Shown here: piece after piece, positions 40,705-58,043 of the stretch
Layout: every line of letters starts with the position of its first letter
Numbering within the stretch: the stretch's first letter is position 1
From: Anolis carolinensis
Taxonomy: Eukaryota
Reading direction: 5' to 3'
Assembly: GCF_035594765.1 (NCBI RefSeq)
Contig: NW_026943826.1
Span: 11,583,198-11,647,197, forward strand
Length of the DNA stretch: 64,000 nucleotides
The notes under the pieces: generated by a model
The model's database searches: none
The model's input: the letters and a program-made list of their open reading frames with translations, nothing else
Told to the model about the DNA's origin: nothing
Position numbers and translations under genes: made by a program

Positions 40705-43700
40705 ATGCGGCCGAGGTGGCTTCTCCTGGCCGGCCTCTTCTTGGCGGGCAATGAGGCTGCCCACCCAGGCTCCTGCAAGTTGCCCTTCCACCTCCCGGGG
40801 GACTTCCTCCTGGGGGGCTTCTTCCCCATCCACAACAACGGCACCTGCTCCAGGTGAGTCAGCGGACATCTCCCTTCCAGCTTTCCTGTCACCAAGTTTG
40901 GTCCCGAACCGTCATTGGCCAGGTGCAATTCCTCTGTTTGCTGTGCACCATAGGAAAGGGTAGGAAAGGGTTAAGGGAGAGGCAGTGGACAGGGTACCAA
41001 ATTACCAGGGCAACTATCCCAATGCCTTGCCAGTATTTGCTTGGCCATGTTCGGTCTGTGTGCCAAGTTTGGTCCAGATCCGTCACTGGCCGGATGCAAT
41101 TCCTCTGTTTGCTGTCCCACACAGGAAAGGGTAGGAAAGGGTTAAGGGAGAGGCAGTGGACGGGGTCCCAAATTACCAGGGCAACTATCCCAAACCCTTG
41201 CCAGTATTCAGTTGGCCATGTTCGGTCCAGATCCGTCACTGGCCGGGTGCAATTCCTCTGTTTGCTGAGCACCATAGGAAAGGGTTAAGGGAGAGGCAGT
41301 GGACACGGTCCCAAATTACCAGGGCAACTATCCCAAACCCTTGCCAGTATTCAGTCAGCCATGTTCGGTCTGTGTGCCAAGTTCGGTCCAGATCCGTCAT
41401 TGGCTGAGTGCAATTCCTCCTTTAGGAAAGGGTTAAGGGAGAGGCAGTGGACGGGGTCCCAAATTACCAGGGCAACTATCCCAAACCCTTGCCAGTACTC
41501 GCTTGGCCATGTTCGGTCTGTGTGCCAAGTTTGGTCCAGATCCATCATTGGCTGGGTGCAATTCCTCCTTTAGGAAAGGGTTAAGGGAGAGGCGGTGGAC
41601 GGGGTCCCAAATTACCAGGGCAACTATTCCAAAGCCTTGCCAGAATTCAGTCGACCAAGTTCAGTCTGTATGCCAAGTTTGGTCCAGATCCGTCATTGGC
41701 CGGGCGCAATTCCTCTGTTTGCTGTGCACCATAGGAAAGGGTAGGAAAGGGTTAAGGGAGAGGCAGTGGGCAAATCTACACATACAGATTTTCACTTTTA
41801 TTATGTGTATGTATAGATTTTTATGCCATGCTTTGGGGGCACCAGGACGTAAAATGAGTCATGGGGGTCACATGTAAGGAGACACTGACTTGTTATTGTT
41901 ATATGTTATTGTTTACTGATGTATTCTACATTCTTATTGTTTTGTATCTGATATTTCTGTGAGCCGCCCCAAGTCCGCCTCGGGGGAGATGGTGGCGGGA
42001 TACAAATAAACTACTACTACTACTACTACTTCTACTACTTCTATTTCTACTTCTTCTACTTCTACTACTTCTACTTTTTCTTCTACTTCTACTTCTACTA
42101 CTTCTACTTTTTTTTCTACTTCTACTTCTTCTACTTCTACTTTTACTTTTTCTTCTACTTCTACTACTACTTCTTCTACTACTTTTTCTTCTACTTTTAC
42201 TTTTACTTCTTCTTCTTCTACTTCTTCTAGTACTTCTTCTACTTCTACTTTTTTTCTACTTCTACTTCTTCTACTTTTTCTTCTACTTCTACTACTTCTC
42301 CTTGTCTTTCTCCACCCAATTAACGGAGGACCACCTCTGCCCTGTTGTGGCCCAAAGACAAAACTCCCCCCAGCCCTGGCCCTGACGCCTTCTCCCTTCC
42401 GCCGCAGCCTGGACCCCTGGGGCTTCACCCAGTCGCAGGCCATGAGCTTGGCCGTGGAGGAAATCAACCTCTCCTCCCACCTGCTGCCCAATGTCTCCTT
42501 GGGCTACCACATCTGGGACTCCCCCACGGACACCCTCTTCCTCCGGGGGCTCTTCCGGCTGGCTCCCGGTCAACGGGAAAGCCCTCACGGTGCTGCGGAC
42601 TGGGCCCGGAAGGTGTTTGGTGTGGTGGGCCCCTACGAGTCCGTCCTGGCCCCGCTGGCCTCCCACATCCTCAGCCTCTATGGCCTCCCGCAGGTAAGAC
42701 TCTTCCCAGGTGTCTCTGGGATTCGTCAACGAGGTTTTGGCGGTGGTCAGGGGAGCTTTTGCACAATTAAAACGAGCTGTGCCCGTACCATGGGAAGCCA
42801 GACTAGTCCATGCCCTTGTTGCACCTCAAATAGACTACTGCAACGAGCTCTATGTGGGGCTGTCCTTGAAGACTGTTCAGAGGCTTCAAGTAGTCCAGTG
42901 GGTGGCTGTCAGGTTGCTCACCGGAGCGACGTACGACGACATACAACCCCCTTATGTCAGCTCCACCCGCTGCCCCTTTGCTACCAAGCACAATTCAAAG
43001 TGCTGGCCTTGGCCGATAAAGTCCTAAATGGCTCTGAATGTGTGGAACTGCTGGGGAGGCCGTACTCTCAGTCCCACTGCCTTCGTAAACAAGACTGCGG
43101 TGGGACTGAGAGTAGCCTTTTCGGCAACACGGAACCAGCACAATGTAGCACACAAATGACGACCGCCATGGGACTGGGTGCTACATTTTCATATTTATAT
43201 GATATTTACACGTTTTGACTGTTTATTGCATTGATGTTATTGAGGGCTTGCCTCTCCTTCCTCCAGATCAGCTACAGCATCAAGGACGGGAACTTTGACA
43301 ACAGCAGCCAGCAGTCGCTGCTCTTCCGGACGGTGCCCAGCACGGCCCACCAGCTGGACGGCATCGTGGCGCTGGTCCGGGCCTTCCGTTGGGAGTGGGT
43401 CTCGGCCGTGGGCAGCGGCACCAAGGCCACCCAGAAGTCGGTCCGGATCCTCATCGACAGGGCCGCCGCGCAGGGCGTCTGCATCTCCTACCAGGGGCTC
43501 ATGCCCGGCGGGCCGGTCTCCACCTTGTCCCAGTTGCGGAAGGTGGTGGAGAACATCAAGAGGGCCGGGACCAACGTCACCATCGTCCTGGGCAACGACG
43601 CCACTGTCCAGCAGTTCTTCCAGGTGGTGGTCGCGCTGGGGATCACCGGCAAGGTCTGGGTGGCCACCGAGAGCTGGGTCTTGACGGACGCGGTGGCCAC

Positions 43701-45454
43701 GCTGCCGGGCATGGAGCGGGTGGGCACTGTCCTGGGGTTGACCATCAGGCCCATAGAGCTGCCTCACGTCAGGCGCTTCGTAGAGGAGGCGCTTAGTTCC
43801 GGACCCCCCCACGGCTCCTCGTGCCCACAGTCCTGCTTCAAGTGTCCACCACCCTCTCCAGAATCCCTGACCGGCCTCCTGGACTCCACCCTCTGGAACT
43901 GGTCCTTCTACTCCTACGCCGCCGTCTATGCCTTCGCCCATGCTCTCCACCGCAGCCTCGCGTGCAGCCAGGAAGCCTGTCCCTCCAGTCAGGAGCCCCA
44001 GCCGTGGCAGGTGAGCCATGATCCTGGAGAAGACGCTGGCGGTGGTTGCGTCTGGAATGTGTCACCCCTTCCCTCGCTTGTCTCTCCTTCCAGCTTCTTG
44101 AGGCGCTGCACGAGGTGGACTTTCCTCTCCTGAACAACACCATCAAGTTCAGCGGCCAGCAGGACCTTTTCCTGGGCTACGACGTCATGACCTGGGCCTG
44201 GAAGGACGGCGGCGGCGGCGTGGACTACGTGAAGATCGGCAGCTACATGGCCCAGAGCCTGGATATCAACTGGACCCAAATTAGATGGCCGGGTCCTGAA
44301 GGCCAGGTGAGGCTGGAGATGCACCTGTCTCACTTATTCCTTCTTTGGAGGCTTTTAAGCAGAGGCTGGATGGCCATCTGTCAGGGGTGCTTTGAATGCG
44401 ATTTCCTGCTTCTTGGCAGAATGGGGTTGGACTGGATGGCCCATGAGGTCTCTTCCAACTCTACTATTCTATGATTCTATGATTATTCCAACAATTCTGA
44501 CCAATTTGGTGTCCAATCCCTTTGATTCCTGGCTCTTGAGGTTCCTCTTAAGGCATGTTGTCTTCTCCAGGGCTTGTCCCAATGTAAGCTGTCCCGAGTC
44601 CTTCGGGAGATGGAGCGGGATATAAATAAAAATTTATTATTATTATTATTTGAAACACAACAAGATGAGTCCACAGCACACACTCTGCTGGCTGTTGTAC
44701 TGGATCACACGTCGGACACTTCCCAAGATGTTGTTGTTATTATTATTATTGTATGACACAGGAAACAAGATAGATATGCTGGATTTCATATCACAAAATC
44801 ACAAGACGAACACTTCCCAAGTTATTGTTATTATTTGAAACACAACAAGATGAGTCCACAGCAGACACTCTGCTGGCTGTTGTATGGGATCACACGTCGG
44901 ACACTTCCCAAGTTGTTGTTGTTGTTATAATTATTATTGTATGACACAGCAAACAAGATAGATATGCTGGATTTCATATCACAAAATCACAAGACGAACA
45001 CTTCCCAAGTTATTATTATTATTGTTCTTATTCTTATTTGAAACACAACAAGATTAGTCCACAGCAGACACTCTGCTGGCTGTTGTACTGGATCACACAT
45101 CGGACACTTCCCAAGTTATTATTATTATTGTTCTTATTCTTATTTGAAACACAACAAGATTAGTCCACAGCAGACACTCTGCTGGCTGTTGTACTGGATC
45201 ACACATCGGACACTTCCCAAGTTATTATTATTATTGTTCTTATTCTTATTTGAAACACAACAAGATTAGTCCACAGCAGACACTCTGCTGGCTGTTGTAC
45301 TGGATCACACATCGGACACTTCCCAAGTTATTATTATTATTATTTGAAACTCAAGACGAGTCCACAGCAGACACTCTGCTGGCTGTTGTATTGGATCACA
45401 CGTCGGACACTTCCCAAGTGTCTAGGACTGTGTGATGTATCGGCGAATAATGCG

Positions 45455-45525
<71 letters not shown>

Positions 45526-47736
45526 GGAACAAGAGCACCTTCGTATGGTTGGAGTTGAGCATCGCCTCCAGATCTTTGTCTATTGTATGTTATGGTTCAC
45601 TGTGTCGAAAGGCATTGAATGTGTACTCTGTAATCCGCTCTTGAGTCCCGCAGGGAATAGAAATAAAGGGTATTATTATTATTATTATTATTGACACAAC
45701 AACATTGTATGACACAGCAAACAAGATAGATATGCTGGATTTCTTTCACAAAATCACAAGTCGAACACTTCCCAAGTGTCTAGGACTGTGTGATGTATTT
45801 TCAGATGATGCGTGCAGATCTCAGTAGGGTGGCCTTTTGCAGTTGGCAGATCGTAATTTTGTCAATGTCTATTGTTTCCAAATTATTATTATTATTATTA
45901 TTATTATTCTGCTAAGGTGCCCAGCTCCTCCTGCGCCAAGGAGTGTGCCGCCGGTCAAAGCCGGAGCAAGCAACTGTTGGACGAATGCCTGTGCCGCTGC
46001 GACGACTGCGTGGAGGGGACCTACCAGAACCAAACAAGTAAGAGTGGAAGGCGTTGGAACAGAGGCGGGATGGTCATCTGTTGGGAGGGCTTTGGGTGTT
46101 AACAGACTGTGGGCACAGTCTTCGCCCAGCAGGAGGTGGGATGGGAACTGGTGTCTTATATATTCAGAGGGGAAACTATCAGAACTATCTTTTTATGGAT
46201 TGTGGAAAGATGGAATAAACAACGTGTCTGATATATACAGGTTCGAGAGGGGAAACTATTAGAACTATCTTTTTAGGGATTGTGGAAAGATGGAATAAAC
46301 AACGTGTCTGATATATGCAGGTTTGAGAGGGGAAACTATTAGAACTATCTTTTTAGGGATTGTGGGAAAATGGAATAAACAACTTGTCTGATATATAAAG
46401 GTTGGAGAGGGGAAACTATTAGAACTATCTTTTTAGGGATTGTGGAAAGATGGAATAAACAACTTGTCTGATATATGCAGGTTTGAGAGGGGAAACTATT
46501 AGAACTATCTTTTTAGGGATTGTGGGAAAATGGAATAAACAACTTGTCTGATATATACAGGTTGGAGAGGGGAAACTATTAGAACTATCTTTTTAGGGAT
46601 TGTGGAAAGATGGAATAAACAACTTGTCTGATATATACAGGTTGGAGAGGGGAAACTATTAGATCTTTTTAGGGATTGTGGAAAGATGGAATAAATAACT
46701 TGTCTTATTGTCGTGAGCTTGACTGTAACTCCAGAGCCTGACACTGGGATTCCTTCCAATTCTATGATCCTCCGCAGATTCTGATGACTGCCTGCCCTGC
46801 CCCAACGGGACGTGGTCCCCCCCACGTAGCTCCCGCTGCTTTCCTCCATCCGTCACCTTCCTGCGGCTGAGCGACAGCAACGTGGTGGCCTTGCTGGCGG
46901 TGGCCTCGGTGGGCTTCCTGCTGCTGCTGGGTTGCTTGCTGGTCTTTGCTGCCCACCGCCACACCCCTGTGGTGCGTGCCGCCGGCGGGGGGCTGGCCTT
47001 CATCATGCTGGTGGCTCTACTAGCCTCCTGTGCGGCCGCCGTGCTCTTTGTTGGCCAGCCCTCGTCCCGCACCTGCCTCATCCGGCAGCCCATCTTCGCC
47101 CTGTGCTTCACGGCCTGCGTCTCCTGCCTCCTGGTCCGCTCGCTCCAAGTGGTGGTGATCTTCAAGGCGGCCGGGCGGCTGCACCGAGGCCGGCAGTGCT
47201 GGCGCCGCTTCCAGGGCCCCTACCTGGCCGTGGGGCTGAGCTGCGGGGTGCAGGCCACCCTCTGCGCCGCCTGGCTGAGCCTCTCTCCGCCGGCCCTGAT
47301 GCAGCAGGCCTCGGGGCCCCGGGAGGTGTCCCTGCGCTGCTGGGAGGGCCCCTTCCTGGGCCTGGGGGCCGTGCTGGGCTACATCACCCTCCTGGCCGGC
47401 GCCTGCTTCCTCCTGGCCTTCTGGGGCCGACACCTGCCCGAGAACTACTCCGAGGCCCGGCTGCTGACCGCCAGCATGCTGGTCTTTCTCATGGGCTGGG
47501 GCGCCTTCCTCTTCATGTACGCCACCAACGGGAGCCAGCAGACCGCCGCCCTCCAGATGTTCACCGTCCAGACCAGCGTCTACGCCGTGCTCTGCACCTT
47601 CTTCCTCCCCCGCTGCTACGTCATCCTCTTCCGCCCGGAGCGCAACACCGTCGCCCACTTCCGGACCTGCATCCAGGCCTACACCACCACCGCCGCCGAC
47701 CCCGAGACACCACGCCCCGGCACGCAAGGAGTGTGA
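40705..47736 (+). CDS. Type 1 taste receptor (T1R/TAS1R family class C GPCR), non-canonical member, 6 exons, 823 aa, intact
   Basis: Exons 40705-40853, 42408-42693, 43267-44010, 44094-44306, 45917-46037, 46778-47736. Total 2472 nt, phases 2,0,0,0,1, all GT-AG, no stops. Signal peptide, PGDFLLGGFFPIH, QAMSLAVEEIN...LLPNVSLGY, VVGP, PQISY, FRTVPS, FRWEWV, CISY, KVWVATESW, YAAVYAFAHALH, PWQLLEAL, a cysteine-rich domain, and a 7TM with HTPVVRAAGG, CLIRQPIFALCFTACVSCLLVRSLQ, LPENYSEAR, FLPRCYVILFRPERNTVAHFRTCIQAYTT (T1R1/T1R2-type tail). Confidence 0.93.
40885..41817 (-). repeat. ~150-180 bp tandem repeat in T1R intron 1, probably Helitron-derived
   Basis: About 5.5 units (ccaagtttggtccagatccgtcattggc...ttaccagggcaactatcc). 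Ends in ttttattatgtgtatgtataga|t, which resembles a Helitron 5' TC end on the minus strand. Confidence 0.65.
42011..42300. repeat. (CTA/CTT)n pyrimidine-rich low-complexity tract
   Basis: ctactactacttctacttct... for ~290 bp just upstream of T1R exon 2. Confidence 0.85.
42770..43030 (+). mobile_element. L2-clade LINE fragment in T1R intron 2
   Basis: LVHALVAPQIDYCNELYVGLSLKTVQRLQVVQWVAVRLLTG is a degenerate form of the L2 motif LVHALVTSRLDYCNALY.GLP......LQ..QNAAARL.TG. Confidence 0.7.
44651..45880 (-). mobile_element. Cluster of tandemly multiplied Dong/R4 3'-end fragments in (TTA)n tracts, T1R intron 4
   Basis: Repeated gacacagcaaacaagatagatatgctggatt and gaaacacaacaagat..cagacactctgctggctg units separated by TTA microsatellites. 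Same family at ~12615-13070, 21205-21295, 21698-21780, 23446-23635, 32206-32378 and 50416-50558. Confidence 0.75.
46165..46705. repeat. 92 bp tandem repeat, ~6 copies, T1R intron 5
   Basis: gagaggggaaactattagaactatctttttagggattgtggaaagatggaataaacaacttgtctgatata repeated. Confidence 0.85.
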
Positions 47737-48436
47737 GGAGCCTCAAGACCCGCCTTTCGCAATGCCCAGACATTCTCGGGTTGGAAGAGACCCCTAAGGA
47801 CATCCCACTCCATTCTGCCTGGAAGACACCATTCAATCCCTCCCAACAGATGAATAGAATCCTAGGGTTGGGAGAGGCCTCCAAAGGACATCCAGTCCAG
47901 CCCCTTTCTGCCTGGAAGACACCATTCAATCCCTCCCAAGAGATGAATATTGGGATCCTAGGGTTGGGAGAGGCCCCCAAAGGACATGCATTCCAGTCCC
48001 CTTCGGCCAGGCAGGAAGACACCATCCAAGCCCTCCCAACAGATGAATAGAATCCTAGGGTTGGGAGAGGCCTCCAAAGGACATCCAGTCCAGCCCCTTT
48101 CTGCCTAGAAGACACCATTCAATCCCTCCCAACAGATGCATATTGGAATCCTAGGGTTGGGAGAGGCCCCCAAAGGACATCCAGTCCAGCCCCTTTCTGA
48201 CTTGAAGACACCATTCAATCCCTCCCAACAGATGCATATTGGAATCCTAGGGTTGGGAGAGGCCCCCAAAGGACATGCAGTCCAGTCCCCTTCTGCCAGG
48301 CAGGAAGACACCATCCAAGCCCTCCTGACAGATGGCTATTCAGCCACAGATACAATAGGTAGATACACTATATTCTAATATATATATATATATATATATC
48401 ACACACAATAAGTACATACACTATTTTCTATGACAT

Positions 48437-48498
<62 letters not shown>

Positions 48499-49714
48499 CA
48501 TAGTTTTGGAAGGGACCCCAAAGGCCAGCCAGTCCCACCCCATTCTGCCTTGAAGACACCATCCAAGCCCTCCTGACAGACAGCCATTCAACCACAGATA
48601 CAATAAGTAGATACACTTTCTCTCTATATATATCTCACACACACGATAAGTACATACACTATATTCTATGATACATGTACATCATAGTGTTGGAAGGGAC
48701 GCCATTCAGCCACAGATACAATAGGTAGATACACTATATTATATGATATATATGTATGTATATATATATATATGTGTGTGTGTGTTTTGGAAGGGACCCC
48801 AAAGGTAAATAGGTAAATACACTATATTCTGACACATATATATCATAGTGTTGGAAGGGACCCCAAAGGCCATCCAGTCCAACCCCATTCTGCCTTGAAG
48901 GCACCATCCAAGCCCTCCTGACAGAAGCCCATCCAAACACAGATATGATACGCTGAGACACTATATTCTATGATATTTCTATCGTAGATTTCTAGGGGTG
49001 TTAGAGGCCTCAAGGGCCTTCAAAGGAAAATGCCGCAAGGGAAACAACACAGAAGTGGGAGACAGGGAGGGTTGGGATTCACGAGGCTCCGGTCACGGCC
49101 GAGTAAGAACTTTGCCTAATGTGCCGTCCAGTGTCAAAACACCGAAAGACGGAGCACTTTGCGGGGCTGCTAATAGCCCCTGCTTGAAAGGAGGCCCCAA
49201 ACCACATCCTTGTAAACAATCCATACATAGGGCACGTAGGAAAATTTAAGATCTGCTCATCTGCATGAAAAATGGCTTATGTAGTTGCTGCCCAAACACT
49301 CGGAACAACACGCCGCTTGCTCACATTTGAGTCTTCCATTTGCATTTAATTAATTTGGTAAGCAAAGGGGGACACTTTCAGGGGGGTGGGTATCAATAGG
49401 TCGGCTTGTAATGCTATTGCATGTGGATGGATGCTAAAGAAGGGGTGTTATTATTATTGTCCCAGAAGCATTCTCTCCTGATGTTTTGCCCTCCTCAGAG
49501 GTTGTGAAGTCTGTTGGAAACTAGGCCAGTGGAGTTTGTTTATATATCTGTGGAAAGTCCAGGGTGGGAGAAAGAACTCGTATGTTGGAGGCAAGTGCGA
49601 ACAGACCCCTAGCTTCCGACAGACCTCACAACCTCTGAGGGTGCCTGCCGTAGATGTGGGCGAAATGTCAGGAGAGAATGCTTCTGGAATATGGCCAGGC
49701 AGCCTGGAACACTC

Positions 49715-49805
49715 ACAGCAACCCAGTGATCCCGGCCATGAAAGCCTTCGACGACATTATTGTTATTATAAAACATTATTATTATTCACAATTGTTATTA
49801 TTAAA

Positions 49806-49849
<44 letters not shown>

Positions 49850-50355
49850 CCAGCAACCCTGTTATTCCAGCCAGAAAGTCTTTGACAATGTTATTATAAA
49901 ATATTATTATTATTATTATTACTCATAGCAACCCAGTTATTTCAGCCATAAAAGCCTTTGACATTATTGTTATTATAAAACATTATTATTATCATTATTA
50001 TTATTCACAGCAACCCAGTTATTCCAGCCATAAAAGCTTTTGATGTTATTATTATAAAACTTTATCATTATCACAGCAACCCAGTTATTCCAGCCAGAAA
50101 GCCTTTGACAATGTTATTATAAAACATTATTATTCACAGCAACCCAGTTATTCCAGCCAGAAAGCCTTTGACAATGTTATTACAAAACATTATTATTATT
50201 ATTATTATTATTCACAGCAACCCAGTTATTCCAGCCAGAAAGCCTTTGACAATGTTATTATAAAACATTATTATTATTATTATTATCACTATTATTATTA
50301 CTCACAGCAACCCAATTATTCCAGCCAGAAAGCCTTTGATAATGTTATTATAAAA

Positions 50356-50416
<61 letters not shown>

Positions 50417-50664
50417 GTATGACACAGCAAACAAGATAGATATGCTGGATTTCGTATCATAAAATCACAAGTCGAACACTTCCCAAGTGTTTAGGACTGT
50501 GTGATGTATTTTCGGATGATGCGCGCAGATCCCAGTAGGGTGGCCTTTTGCAGTTGGCAAAATATATAATAATAAAAATAAAATAATAAAATAAAAATAT
50601 TATTATTATTACTACTACTCCTCACAGCAACCCATTTATTCCGGCCATGAAAGTCTTCGATGAC

Positions 50665-50714
<50 letters not shown>

Positions 50715-50765
50715 CAGCAACCCAGTTATTCCAGCCAGAAAGCCTTTGACAATGTTGTTATTATA
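49715..50765. repeat. Tandem repeat of a Penelope-derived end with TTA microsatellites
   Basis: cacagcaacccagttattccagccagaaagcctttgacaatg repeated about 10 times. Confidence 0.75.
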
Positions 50766-50843
50766 AAACATAGATAGATATGCTGGATTTCATATCATAA
50801 AATCACAAGTCGAACACTTCCCAAGTGTCTAGGACTGTATTAA

Positions 50844-50894
<51 letters not shown>

Positions 50895-50979
50895 TGTTAT
50901 TAATATATTGGCTTAGTAATGCCCTGGCCACAAAGAATACCAGCCCTGGGTGGAGAATAGGTCCATTCAAAAATCCTCT

Positions 50980-50985
50980 TTTATT
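50980..50985 (-). terminator. Probable PARK7 polyadenylation signal
   Basis: TTTATT on + (AATAAA on -), ~145 nt past the PARK7 stop. Confidence 0.55.
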
Positions 50986-51127
50986 GAAGGTGAACAATTC
51001 CCGGGAAGTGGAGGGATGATGTGGGGGGCACACAGCTATGGGGCGCATCATTGGGTCCCAGTGGCTTCAGGGGGACGGAACTGCAATTAGTTCATCTACC
51101 TATCTCTACCTTGGTGGGGGTCTGCCC

Positions 51128-57753
<6,626 letters not shown>

Positions 57754-58043
57754 GGCGGATAATACGGAGGGAGAGCTTTCTGGAGGCTTCTCCCTCAGGC
57801 CTTATTTTCTGATGCGCATGCGCGGCTCGTGTCCTCGAGACTGGGCGGGGCCACGGGGAAGGGGGCGGGGCTTATGGGCAGGCACATGCAACTCAGCCCC
57901 GCCCCCGTGCGAGAGACAGACAGGCATCAAAGGCAATAAGGGGCGTGGCCTTTAGGGAGGGGGCGTGGCTTCCGAGGAAAGACCCCCTCAAAAGCTTCCC
58001 GCCCACCCATTGGGTCCCACTCGGTTAGAAGAAGAGGAAGAGG
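57754..58043. promoter_or_regulatory. Compact bidirectional PARK7/TNFRSF9 promoter
   Basis: 290 bp between divergent ATGs. NRF1 palindrome TGCGCATGCGC (~57813), several GGGGCGGGG/GGGCGTGG boxes, ATTGG at ~58009. A second NRF1 site lies at ~57614 in the PARK7 intron. Confidence 0.65.

Noticed and set aside
41934-42491. 185-aa Glu/Val-rich ORF
   Set aside because: Translation of the (CTA/CTT)n tract, antisense to T1R exon 2.
40705-47736. Identification as V2R, CaSR or GPRC6A
   Set aside because: It lacks the TPIVKANN/TPIVKATN motif of V2R/CaSR, and has TPVVRAAGG plus the RPERNT..HF..IQ.YT tail typical of T1Rs. No specific TAS1R symbol is given because orthology needs a phylogeny.
46932-48050. 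372-aa alternative-frame ORF over T1R exon 6, and antisense ORFs over T1R exon 3 and the last ERRFI1 exon
   Set aside because: Shadow ORFs expected from very high GC3 codon usage.
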